Below, piece by piece: positions 8,405 through 16,651 of a stretch of 37,487 bases of DNA. Source of the stretch: a virus (Duplodnaviria; Caudoviricetes); IMG/VR virus record IMGVR_UViG_3300038315_000952, positions 1 through 37,487 of that record; one strand, 5' to 3'. Made by a program: the position numbers and the translations under genes. Every line of letters begins with the position of its first letter. The stretch's first letter is position 1. Below the pieces are notes generated by a model. The model did no database searches. It had not been told where the DNA came from and was given only the letters and a program-made list of their open reading frames with translations.

Positions 8405-8470
8405 CTTTTATCGCCTTGTTTCCTCCCTGTCAACTTAAATGTTGACATCCACACCAACAACTCGTAAAAA
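8405..8470. promoter_or_regulatory. Back-to-back divergent sigma70-like promoters
   Basis: Minus strand TTGACA(8433-8428)-17-TAAAAG; plus strand TTGACA(8442-8447)-17-TAAAAA. Confidence 0.7.
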
Positions 8471-8497
8471 GAGAAATCACAATTTAAAGGAGTTCAG

Positions 8498-8800
8498 ATG
8501 ATTACTGTTGAACAATTTGATACGTTAAAAACGCGGCAACCCGTCAAAATAAAACTTGATGCTTGCATGGGAGGCTTGAAAGAGCGAGTTCTATATGTAG
8601 GCCGCCGCACCAAATCTAAAAACGGGCGCACCGTATCCCTCACACTGAATCGCGAACCGGGAAAAGCAGCCCCAGCACACTTGAGAAATCTGGTGAAAAT
8701 CACGCTCTACAAGCGCAAACGGTACGAGGACGATTCTTGGTACATCTCAGCGGCTATCGGCAACATGGGCGCAACGATCCCATTCTTTGAAGCCCTCTAA
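8498..8800 (+). CDS. Hypothetical basic protein
   Basis: AAAGGAG RBS; 100 aa. Confidence 0.8.
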   Translation: MITVEQFDTLKTRQPVKIKLDACMGGLKERVLYVGRRTKSKNGRTVSLTLNREPGKAAPAHLRNLVKITLYKRKRYEDDSWYISAAIGNMGATIPFFEAL

Positions 8801-8817
8801 CAACAGAAAGTAAGACA

Positions 8818-8973
8818 ATGAAAAAAAAATCAGAACTTGAAGAGAAAAAAGAAGCAGAAATCCAGCGAGGTCTAAACCTTGTGCGCGTTTTGCATGACCG
8901 GGAACCAACAGAAGACGATCGGGTCAAAATCGCAGCCGAGGTGGAGAAGCTAGCCCGAGAAGCGGGGCACTAA
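8818..8973 (+). CDS. Small hypothetical protein (51 aa, below the ORF track cutoff)
   Basis: Manual translation MKKKSELEEKKEAEIQRG...AREAGH; fills the gap and is followed by a hairpin. Confidence 0.6.
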   Translation: MKKKSELEEKKEAEIQRGLNLVRVLHDREPTEDDRVKIAAEVEKLAREAGH

Positions 8974-8980
8974 TTGTTTC

Positions 8981-9002
8981 GGCCCTCTTACGAGGGCCTT
9001 TC
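8981..9002 (+). terminator. Probable terminator hairpin
   Basis: GGCCCTC-TTAC-GAGGGCC followed by T and a pyrimidine tract. Confidence 0.6.
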
Positions 9003-9099
9003 CTTCCCCTCTTACTGCTTTTTCTTGACCTCTCCTCCCTATTTCGTTATTGCTCCAAACAACAACAAAGGCCCAACGGCCACAACAAAAGGTTAAAAA

Positions 9100-9759
9100 A
9101 TGTTATCCAATAAAGACCGCGCTTCACTCAGAAGCTACGAAGACCGGCTAGAAAATGAAGCTAACGACCCCGAAGCAATCCCCGAGCGATATTGTATTGT
9201 TTGTGAAGAAGACACAGAACACAAACTGGACGATGAAAAGATCTGCAATGATTGTTTTTTGCCCTATTCCGACGATTTACGCACAGTTATTGATTTTCTC
9301 TCCAACAAAGTCTCTGACTTGACGGATATTGCTAGTGGTTCGCTGAAACAAACAGAGGAAGTGATGGAGCAACACGTAGAAGGTGTTAACTTGCTCGAAA
9401 AGCTAACGGCTCAATTATCAGAACAAATGGACCGTGGAGACTTTTTCCAACACCAATTTTTGCAACTGGCGAATGCCCTCAAAAGTCCTGAGCTAGCGAA
9501 ATTGCCGTATAGGGTTGAGCGTTGTTTGGTTAAAGCGCTGGAGGCTGTTGCGTCTGACAATGAGGCGATGAAAACAGACTTGGTGCAAAGCCATGCGGGT
9601 CAAATCGCATTGATACTGGCCTCACACCATTACGCTGTCAATGACGCAGATGATGAAAACGCGCCTTGTGTTATTTGCAAAACGAAACCGAGTCTGGACA
9701 AATCGCTTTCTTGTGGAGATTGCGTGGCTCCGACCATCGAATCGAAAGACCTAAACTAA
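9100..9759 (+). CDS. Hypothetical protein with two CxxC...CxxC Zn-finger-like ends and a central coiled coil
   Basis: CIVC..CNDC and CVIC..CGDC motifs; promoter TTGACC-17-TATTGC at 9025-9053. Confidence 0.8.
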   Translation: MLSNKDRASLRSYEDRLENEANDPEAIPERYCIVCEEDTEHKLDDEKICNDCFLPYSDDLRTVIDFLSNKVSDLTDIASGSLKQTEEVMEQHVEGVNLLEKLTAQLSEQMDRGDFFQHQFLQLANALKSPELAKLPYRVERCLVKALEAVASDNEAMKTDLVQSHAGQIALILASHHYAVNDADDENAPCVICKTKPSLDKSLSCGDCVAPTIESKDLN

Positions 9760-9893
9760 TGGCCACCCGAATAAGACAAATCCTAGAGCTTGTGCGGGCT
9801 GTCAGAATCCGACGTAACAGATACCGGCGACTCTACCGCCAACCTTGGTATAAGCTGTTTTGGATCGTGCTGCTGGATGGTGGACCGCGATGA
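9759..9893 (+). CDS. Small Arg-rich hypothetical protein
   Basis: TAATG overlap with the upstream gene; MATRIRQ... Confidence 0.5.
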   Translation: MATRIRQILELVRAVRIRRNRYRRLYRQPWYKLFWIVLLDGGPR

Positions 9894-10069
9894 TTTACGA
9901 ACGATGGTACCGTGACAAGCCCGATTTAGGGGGCAACGCATTGCGTCAATCCAACCTCGAGTTTGACCGCAAACTGCGTTGTAAAACGCTTGTGCGTCAT
10001 TTCCTCATTGCCGGGGCTGCTTTTGTCGCTACCGCCGTCGTCGTCGCCGCAATGCTCCTGCCCCATTAG
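9890..10069 (+). CDS. Small protein with C-terminal transmembrane helix
   Basis: ATGA overlap; hydrophobic FLIAGAAFVATAVVVAAMLL. Confidence 0.55.
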   Translation: MIYERWYRDKPDLGGNALRQSNLEFDRKLRCKTLVRHFLIAGAAFVATAVVVAAMLLPH

Positions 10070-10166
10070 TTCCGCAGCGGAACAAATAACTTTAGAAGAT
10101 TCTTGACCGGCCCCCGAACCTTGCCGTAAGGTAGGTATTCACCAAATAGCTAGGCTAGGGGGCCTC

Positions 10167-11597
10167 ATGAATCTCATTGACTTACCGACATTTATTGACG
10201 CGATACGCAACTTTGTGAGTGAGTCTCCCCCTGATTTTGACAGTGAAACCACATTAGCACGTAATGTAGCTCTGGCCGTTGACCAGGCTGGCAAGGCTTT
10301 GGGTCTATCCTCCGAGCCTTTATTAAGCGCCGATGGTTTCTTGTGGCTGTACGTTAACGACATTGGAATCTGGCAGCGTGTGGAAATTAACCAGTTAATC
10401 ACAATAGCCCAGCTTTTCGATGGCATTTTCACCACGGAGAACAAACCGAGCAGAATCCGAATAGGGTGGCAGCGGGCGGGCAATATCGCCAAATCGATCC
10501 ACCGATTGCATGAACTCCAAGCACCTGAATTTTTCAAGCGGCCAAAACCGGGGATAGCGTTTACGAATGGTTTTGTTGTGGTGAGTGAATACGGCCCTGA
10601 ATTGGAGGATCATGATTCGGAAAATGCGGCGACCATAGCCTATGATTTTGATCTAGATGAAGATTGCGAACCTCCAATCAACTGGTTAGCGTTTCTTGAT
10701 TCGCTATGGCCAAACGATGATGACAAAGAATCGAAAAAGAATGTCCTCCAAGAGTTCATTGGGGCGTCGATTGCGAACATTGCCACCCGCTATCAGAAAT
10801 GCCTTTTGTTAATCGGCACCGGCTCAAACGGTAAATCGCTATTATGCGACCTAATTGGTGAGCTGTTATTTCCCGAGGGTACAACCACTTATGTAAGTCC
10901 TCGACGTTGGGACCGGGATTATTCGCTTGCGAGTCTTAAAGAATCGAGAATCAACCTAGTGAGTGAGCTACCTGAAACCAGCGTCTTAGAACAAACGGAC
11001 GTGTTCAAGGCGGTTGTTGCTGGAGATTTGATCGAAGCGCGTTTACCCTACCAGCCACCGTTCTATCTAAGGCCATCGGCGGGGCATATATTCTCGGCGA
11101 ATGAAATACCCCGAACGGGGGATACTAGTGACGGATTTTTTCGACGGTTTAGGATTATGACCTTTAACGAATCCTTCGAGGATTCCCCTTTTAGACGAAC
11201 AAAAGAAGAGATTATTGCCGATTTAGAGCATGAGAAGGCTGCCATTATATCTTGGGCATTGCACGGGGCTGCGCGATTAATCCGCAATGGTGACTACACT
11301 AGAGCTTCCTCACATAAAACTGTCCAAGATGATTGGCGCAAGGATTCCGATTCCGTCTTCGATTTTGCCTCTAGCTGCCTGCAATTCCCATCAGATTCTT
11401 TCACCCCACTCAACGAAATCCGGGAAGCTTTTCAGGATTGGGCTGGTAGGGTGGGCCGCCACCCGGACCTGGCGAGCCGTACACTAGCCAAGCGGTTAAG
11501 GAACATCCGTGGCTTGGCAGATAAACGCACAAGCACCGGAAAGTCCTTTGGATGTGAGATCTTACCGATACACGCTTGGTCTGATACGTCCAATTAA
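10167..11597 (+). CDS. D5/P4-family SF3 helicase (primase-associated)
   Basis: Walker A GTGSNGKS, INLVSE Walker B, IFSANEIP and GFFRRF; promoter TTGACC-18-TAAGGT at 10103-10132. Confidence 0.92.
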   Translation: MNLIDLPTFIDAIRNFVSESPPDFDSETTLARNVALAVDQAGKALGLSSEPLLSADGFLWLYVNDIGIWQRVEINQLITIAQLFDGIFTTENKPSRIRIGWQRAGNIAKSIHRLHELQAPEFFKRPKPGIAFTNGFVVVSEYGPELEDHDSENAATIAYDFDLDEDCEPPINWLAFLDSLWPNDDDKESKKNVLQEFIGASIANIATRYQKCLLLIGTGSNGKSLLCDLIGELLFPEGTTTYVSPRRWDRDYSLASLKESRINLVSELPETSVLEQTDVFKAVVAGDLIEARLPYQPPFYLRPSAGHIFSANEIPRTGDTSDGFFRRFRIMTFNESFEDSPFRRTKEEIIADLEHEKAAIISWALHGAARLIRNGDYTRASSHKTVQDDWRKDSDSVFDFASSCLQFPSDSFTPLNEIREAFQDWAGRVGRHPDLASRTLAKRLRNIRGLADKRTSTGKSFGCEILPIHAWSDTSN

Positions 11598-11662
11598 GTG
11601 TCAGATTTTGCAGAAAACCTGCAACTTAACCGGCAGCTTAATTAATACGGTCGGCGAACCTC

Positions 11663-11905
11663 TCAATTCTCTAACCATGCTGGCATCGGAATGTCGGCGA
11701 TGACAAACATCTTGTACATCGCTTTAGCTTCTGGCTTTCGGACACCGTTGACGTACCGGGAAATGCGCTCCTTGGGATACCCGAGCAACTCCCCAGCCTT
11801 GGTGTAGGTTAGATCTTTCTCGTTGATCCACTCGAACAGCATCCGGCAGCCTTTGGATTTTCCCGGTCCCAATGGCTTTCGCCCAATTCGTTTATTCTCA
11901 CTCAT
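11663..11905 (-). CDS. XRE/Cro-type helix-turn-helix regulator
   Basis: LTYTKAGELLGYPKERISRYVNGVRKP HTH signature; start ATG 11905. Confidence 0.8.
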   Translation of the reverse strand: MSENKRIGRKPLGPGKSKGCRMLFEWINEKDLTYTKAGELLGYPKERISRYVNGVRKPEAKAMYKMFVIADIPMPAWLEN

Positions 11906-12225
11906 TACGGTACCTCTTCTATGATGGGGGCGCGTTGATAATCCTTCCAAATCCAAACCTCTTTTGTGACTGTCAGCGTATCCCCGGTTTTTAGGTGAAA
12001 CTCTCTAATTGCCTCCATCTCGATAGGTGGAGGTCGCCGGTTAGATTTTACTTGTATTAATCGCAAACTTCCTGGTCGCATCATTACAAGGTCAAATTCT
12101 CCCAAGCTCCCCCCGGCTTTAACCCCGGTGTACCCCGAGTCTTCAAGGCGATGTTTTGTTTTTAATTCTCTTCTTGATCCTTTCGCTTTTGCGTTTATCC
12201 GAATCGTCGGCTTCTTCTTTTCCAT
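11905..12225 (-). CDS. Hjc-like Holliday junction resolvase (PD-(D/E)xK)
   Basis: KGSRRE...LEDSGY...SLGEFDLV...LIQVKS. Confidence 0.8.
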   Translation of the reverse strand: MEKKKPTIRINAKAKGSRRELKTKHRLEDSGYTGVKAGGSLGEFDLVMMRPGSLRLIQVKSNRRPPPIEMEAIREFHLKTGDTLTVTKEVWIWKDYQRAPIIEEVP

Positions 12226-12372
12226 CTTTTCGGTCCTCCTCCCGTTTTTTCTCAAACTTCAATAGCGCCTCTCGAATTCTTGATTTGTAGTCCATTTTCC
12301 GCCATCCTTTCCTCACCTTCTTCTTGTGTGAAAAGGCGGTGGGGGGGTGGCTTCAGTCTCGTGGCTATCTCC

Positions 12373-13191
12373 TCACCTTTGAAACCTTTGCAGACTCCTC
12401 AACAGACACCGCACTTCGGAATCTCTCAATGGTGGTTGGCAGCGGGTGGCGTTCATTTCCACCACTAGGCTCTCAACCTCACCCCAAGGTTTATCTTCCC
12501 AAACCCACCGGGCACCTGCACGTAAAACCCCATCGTTCCTTTTGCCTTCACCGAGTATGGGCATTTCACTCACCGGTTTATGTGGCTTTGGCCGGTCATA
12601 ATCGCTGAGGGTGTGCGGGGTTGGTATCACTTTGGCTTTGAGCAATTGCCGAAGCATTAGAGGGGCGGTCTCTATTTTCCCCTGATTCGCCCATGTGTAC
12701 CGTTTTCCCGAAACGTGCATTGATGGAGCTGCGACCACATAGCCGCCATCCCCTCTAACGTCGATACCTGGGTGCCACCCCGCTCGATTGCGTATAGAGT
12801 CTGTGCATCGAAAAAAGATGTGTTCCCCTTTTCCTGTTTTGGCGGTAGCTGTTTTTGGGAGTTTGCCACATCGCCGTTGTAGCTGCTTTAAGCTCTGGTA
12901 GCCTTCTTCTCCATCGATATCGATTACCAACAGTTTGCTCTTTGGTCCGGTAGCTAAACCTATGTTTGCAGTGGGCCACTTGTGCCACCAACGCTTAATT
13001 AAATCTAAGTCCGTGGTCGCATCCGATACACCCGCTTCCAATGTTTCAGGTTCCCAACGTGGGTGTTTCCCTGGACTAGAACAATCTTGTTTTTTCGAGC
13101 AGGTACACCGGCCAAAGTAAATGGAGTGCAGGGGAAACACAGCAATCCCTTGACCGGCGTACACGTTAGCCCAATCACCCATCGAGGTCAT
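12373..13191 (-). CDS. Bifunctional DNA primase/polymerase (Prim-Pol) with PriCT-1-like C-terminus
   Basis: CTC..C..PGKHP, WP.ANIGLATG, VIDIDG, GEHIFF, IDVRGDGGYVVAAPS.H.SG, EGKRND and CQPPL..SEV. Confidence 0.93.
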   Translation of the reverse strand: MTSMGDWANVYAGQGIAVFPLHSIYFGRCTCSKKQDCSSPGKHPRWEPETLEAGVSDATTDLDLIKRWWHKWPTANIGLATGPKSKLLVIDIDGEEGYQSLKQLQRRCGKLPKTATAKTGKGEHIFFRCTDSIRNRAGWHPGIDVRGDGGYVVAAPSMHVSGKRYTWANQGKIETAPLMLRQLLKAKVIPTPHTLSDYDRPKPHKPVSEMPILGEGKRNDGVLRAGARWVWEDKPWGEVESLVVEMNATRCQPPLRDSEVRCLLRSLQRFQR

Positions 13192-13972
13192 GGGCTAGCC
13201 TTTCTTTCAATGTTTGGTGAGGTGCAGGAATGGGCTGCTCGTCCAGCTCTACCTTGGCGTCGATATACTCCTCCACCTGGTCAACGTGCGGGTCTGAAAA
13301 ATCCCCGTCCATGGCTTTGTGTTCAATCGCCGCCGCTCTAGCTAACTTCTCACCGAGGGGGAGGGTTTTCACTAGCCGCTTGATAGCCACCTTCTTGCCC
13401 ATTTCCTCTTCCCACATTGCCCATGCTGGGTTTACTTTGTTCCCTCGTTTGGACAATTGTTTCGCTTTTTCGATATCGGACCACGGAACAACCTCAAAGC
13501 GGGCGTAACCACTTTTAAAAAGAGCGACCGCGTAAACATAGGTGGGGACTCCCCGAACGGCTTTACCACCTACCGCAATCTCGTGAACTAAATCCGGGTG
13601 CAATCCTTTTTTGACCTGGAATTTATCATTCTCACAAACTGTTTCAGCGTAAATATCCTGTAACTCCCCTGATTCTCTAGCGAGTTTTAACCAACCTCGG
13701 TAGCCAACCTGTAGGGTGCAGTCATCACCATAGGGGATTAGGTGGGCTTCGTTTAGCACGGGGCTAAGGGACAAACCCATCTGGCATGTTTGGACCAGTG
13801 ACCGGTAGATTGACGTATTGCTGCAAGATAGCAATCGGCTGTTATCCGTCACCGCGATTAGGGCCATCTTTAAAGCCTCGTCCACCCGCAAATGTGGAGG
13901 GACCACTTTCTCAACTTCCCCTTTTTTAGACTCCAAGTAATTCGCTAATTCTAATGCTTTTGACTTATCCAT
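13175..13972 (-). CDS. recT: RecT-family single-strand annealing protein
   Basis: AHLIPYG, LQVGYRGWLKLA, VCENDKF and EEMGKKVAIKRLVKTLP. Confidence 0.92.
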   Translation of the reverse strand: MDKSKALELANYLESKKGEVEKVVPPHLRVDEALKMALIAVTDNSRLLSCSNTSIYRSLVQTCQMGLSLSPVLNEAHLIPYGDDCTLQVGYRGWLKLARESGELQDIYAETVCENDKFQVKKGLHPDLVHEIAVGGKAVRGVPTYVYAVALFKSGYARFEVVPWSDIEKAKQLSKRGNKVNPAWAMWEEEMGKKVAIKRLVKTLPLGEKLARAAAIEHKAMDGDFSDPHVDQVEEYIDAKVELDEQPIPAPHQTLKERLAHDLDG

Positions 13973-14894
13973 GATTGACCTCACCTTTTGGTTTTAAGCG
14001 CCGGAGCACTCGGTTACCTTCTGTTATTGTTGTGTGTTTCTCGATCATCTCGGGGGCTGGCGCTAATTCCCTAACGATAGCCTGGTAGTTGACCACCACT
14101 TTTGGACGATTCGCCTTGTGGCTGTAGCGGAATGTTTCACCTTCAATGGCTACGCTAGAGCCTATGCGTTCACGGAACCAATTCCCCAGCTCAGTTTTTT
14201 CAGCCGTCAGCGCCTCAATCGCTTCATTGATTTCTAAATAGCGCCGATCTTTCGCTTGGTCTTTCTCTCCACCAACCACCACCAAGTCATCGGATTGCGC
14301 TATCCGTGACAACAAACCCGCGCATATCTCTGAGCCGTCCACGGGGGGCATCTCTTTGGGAACAACGTGGTTCTGCCAAAACTGTTTGCACTTTTCGTGT
14401 ATCAACGCCCACATTTCGGCATCTCGGTAAACCGTGTAAATCTGAGGACGCTTCACCCCAAAGAAAGCGATCACTCTGCACGAATCTTTATTGTTCGCCT
14501 CGCAGTGCATTTGACATTGGACCGCAATCCTATCCGGCACTTGTGAACCAAACTCTTCCCCGTATTCTTTCTCCATCCATGTCGAATGAGATTTCACTTC
14601 ACAAAGGAACTCTTCCCCGTCTACGTTTAAGCCGATAAAATCCGCCGTGTCTCGATACGGTACCCCGTCTTGTTCCCACCGCACGGTGTCTATTTTGCGA
14701 AACGTCCACCCGTTATTATCAGCAGCCCACTGCATGATAGGTTCCTCGAAACGCAAACCGCGTTCCATTGGGTCATTTACTTTGACGCGCTCTTTAAGCA
14801 CCAGCGATTTGTAAGCCTCATACCCACCCTCGAAACAAATACCGTATGCCATGCTAGAGCCTATGCGTTCTGATCGGTCATTAAGGTCGCTCAT
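13965..14894 (-). CDS. YqaJ/lambda-type exonuclease
   Basis: RSERIGSS, MERGLRFEEPI, D...EVK and QCQMH; adjacent to recT. Confidence 0.88.
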   Translation of the reverse strand: MSDLNDRSERIGSSMAYGICFEGGYEAYKSLVLKERVKVNDPMERGLRFEEPIMQWAADNNGWTFRKIDTVRWEQDGVPYRDTADFIGLNVDGEEFLCEVKSHSTWMEKEYGEEFGSQVPDRIAVQCQMHCEANNKDSCRVIAFFGVKRPQIYTVYRDAEMWALIHEKCKQFWQNHVVPKEMPPVDGSEICAGLLSRIAQSDDLVVVGGEKDQAKDRRYLEINEAIEALTAEKTELGNWFRERIGSSVAIEGETFRYSHKANRPKVVVNYQAIVRELAPAPEMIEKHTTITEGNRVLRRLKPKGEVNHG

Positions 14895-14934
14895 TTTCTT
14901 GCACTCCTCCTCGATTGTTGTTATTTCTCTGGAA

Positions 14935-14964
14935 ACTATACCCGAGCTTGAATAGGCTCGTCAA
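14935..14964 (-). promoter_or_regulatory. Sigma70-like promoter of the recombination/replication operon
   Basis: TTGACG-18-TATAGT, followed by a CAACAA leader and GAGGAGG. Confidence 0.7.
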
Positions 14965-15010
14965 CCAAATTAAGCTTATTAGGTGATAGGCAGAGAAAAA
15001 GGTGGAACTA

Positions 15011-15226
15011 ATGGCGGCAACCCAACCCAGCGCAATGCACGAGATCGCAGCACTCTGGAAAGCACAAACCAAAACGGGAAAAACTTATTTAAAAGGGAGA
15101 CTTGGTAATTCGCAAATAATGGTAATGGCCAACGAATTCAAAACCGAGGGGAGCAACCAACCGGATTATAGGGTGCTGGTAGCAGCCAAGCCGCAAGAAA
15201 AAGAAGGCGGCTACAAACCGGGCTGA
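15011..15226 (+). CDS. Small DUF736-like protein (possible ssDNA binding)
   Basis: IAALWKAQTKTGKTYLKG...NQPDYRV pattern; start uncertain (15002, 15011 or 15035). Confidence 0.65.
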   Translation: MAATQPSAMHEIAALWKAQTKTGKTYLKGRLGNSQIMVMANEFKTEGSNQPDYRVLVAAKPQEKEGGYKPG

Positions 15227-15284
15227 GTTTCTCCTTATCTTGTCCCTGCTTTTGGCAATAACCTTTTCACACAAGAGGATTACG

Positions 15285-15647
15285 ATGATGAAACAACTAC
15301 CACCCTCCGTGATCGATGTAGAGCACGAGGACCTAGTTCCATGGTCGGTATATGACCGGCTGCATAAACAAAATACTTTCAACCGGCGCATGAAAAAGCT
15401 CTTTGCAGCGGCGGCCTGCTTTGGACTTGTCGCTTCCGGGATGGGAATTCACATGGATTGGGTGGACCTCCGGGTCGCTGTAGCAGAACGGTTTTTGGCC
15501 CTTGACCAGCTCAAAGCCCAGGAGAATGACGCGGCACATCGAAGCACAAGTCCCTGCGGTCATGACCGTTTTGAGCGCGAAAGCCTTGATTGGACGATAC
15601 TCAAAGCGATTGCTAAGAACAGGAGCCCTTTTGATGGACGCGAATAA
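15285..15647 (+). CDS. Hypothetical membrane-anchored protein
   Basis: GAGGA RBS before ATG 15285; one hydrophobic segment. Confidence 0.65.
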   Translation: MMKQLPPSVIDVEHEDLVPWSVYDRLHKQNTFNRRMKKLFAAAACFGLVASGMGIHMDWVDLRVAVAERFLALDQLKAQENDAAHRSTSPCGHDRFERESLDWTILKAIAKNRSPFDGRE

Positions 15648-15915
15648 AGCGGTGTTCGGAGTAGGGAGGTGGTTAGCAGATAGCTTCTGGCCATGGGTGT
15701 GCTGGTTTATCGGGAGCCTGTTTAATGGGGTGATGCTCATCTTGCTGTTGGGTGCCGCGTTTTTCGGTGGTGCCGTCTACAATTCCAATATGGAAGAGCG
15801 TCTTACATTGCAGGAGCTTTGCACGAAAGTGATATCGCTCAACGGAACCCTTGAGCTACCTATGAGCACGGTAAACGACCCCCCGTGGACAAAGGGGAAA
15901 AAACGGAAGAAATAA
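15634..15915 (+). CDS. Hypothetical membrane protein
   Basis: AGGAG before ATG 15634; long hydrophobic stretch. Confidence 0.65.
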   Translation: MDANKAVFGVGRWLADSFWPWVCWFIGSLFNGVMLILLLGAAFFGGAVYNSNMEERLTLQELCTKVISLNGTLELPMSTVNDPPWTKGKKRKK

Positions 15916-15968
15916 GCGGCAAAAAAGCGGGGGACTTGCAATTAATCCTTTTTTTGCTATTTTAATAT

Positions 15969-16033
15969 TGGGGCCGGTGCTGTGTAAACTCCTTTTGTTG
16001 TGAAAAGACCTCAGCTTAGTATCGGCCCCATTT
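15969..16033 (+). ncRNA. Candidate structured small RNA or riboregulator, with loop antisense to the early-gene leader
   Basis: 13-bp closing stem 15969-15981/16018-16030 with two G-U pairs that form only on the + strand; upstream TTGCAA-16-TATTTT at 15936-15963; T run after the stem. Confidence 0.55.
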
Positions 16034-16039
16034 AATTCC

Positions 16040-16441
16040 ATGACGAGATTGACTAAAAATTTCTCCTCTTGGGAGTTTGCTTGCAATTGTGGCTGTGGTC
16101 AGGGTGCTATGTCCGATACCCACATCGCCCTACTTCAGAAGCTCCGCACGATTGTCGGCCCGTTAACCGTTACATCAGGAATAAGGTGCAAGGATTACAA
16201 TGCGCTATGTAAGGGTGCCCCCAGCTCCCACCATATCCCACGGGACGGGGTTTGCACTGCATCGGATATAACTTTTACGCTAGGGGCTAAAAGTAACAGC
16301 CGGATGCTGTACCTGTACACCATGGCCGACCAGCTACACTTTAAAGGGTTGGGGCTATATCGAGGGCGCATACACGTTGATTCCCGCAAAGGTCGCCGCG
16401 CCAGATGGGTGGACCATTTGTGGAGTTGGAAAGACTCTTAA
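16040..16441 (+). CDS. Peptidase M15 family endolysin
   Basis: NFSSWEFACNCGCG, TSGIRC..YN, SSHH, ASD and IHVD Zn-peptidase motifs. Confidence 0.9.
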   Translation: MTRLTKNFSSWEFACNCGCGQGAMSDTHIALLQKLRTIVGPLTVTSGIRCKDYNALCKGAPSSHHIPRDGVCTASDITFTLGAKSNSRMLYLYTMADQLHFKGLGLYRGRIHVDSRKGRRARWVDHLWSWKDS

Positions 16442-16651
16442 TCACCACCGCACTTTTAGACCTGCCATAGCCGCCACATCATCTAAGGTTGCGGTGGCCT
16501 CCACGAACGCACTGACACCGCCACCGATGCGCGTATTGACTTCAAGAAATGCCTCGAGGTTTGCCCTATCCATAGGTAAAGCCCATTGATTATTAAAGCG
16601 GATACCAGCAGCAAGTATATTTTCCTCCAAGCCATCTAGCCGGAGGAGCTT
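16442..16651 (-). CDS. Probable -1 frameshift extension of the holin: amphipathic beta-strands ending AGLKVRW
   Basis: The frame is open from the A8 run in the holin 3' end to TGA 16442, and the ORF-track TTG start has no RBS. Confidence 0.6.
   Translation of the reverse strand, partial: KLLRLDGLEENILAAGIRFNNQWALPMDRANLEAFLEVNTRIGGGVSAFVEATATLDDVAAMAGLKVRW

Noticed and set aside
15970-16030. tRNA or tmRNA (GGGGCCG...CGGCCCCA ends)
   Set aside because: Only about 61 nt, with no T-arm (GTTCRA), no D or anticodon arms, no CCA and no tag ORF.
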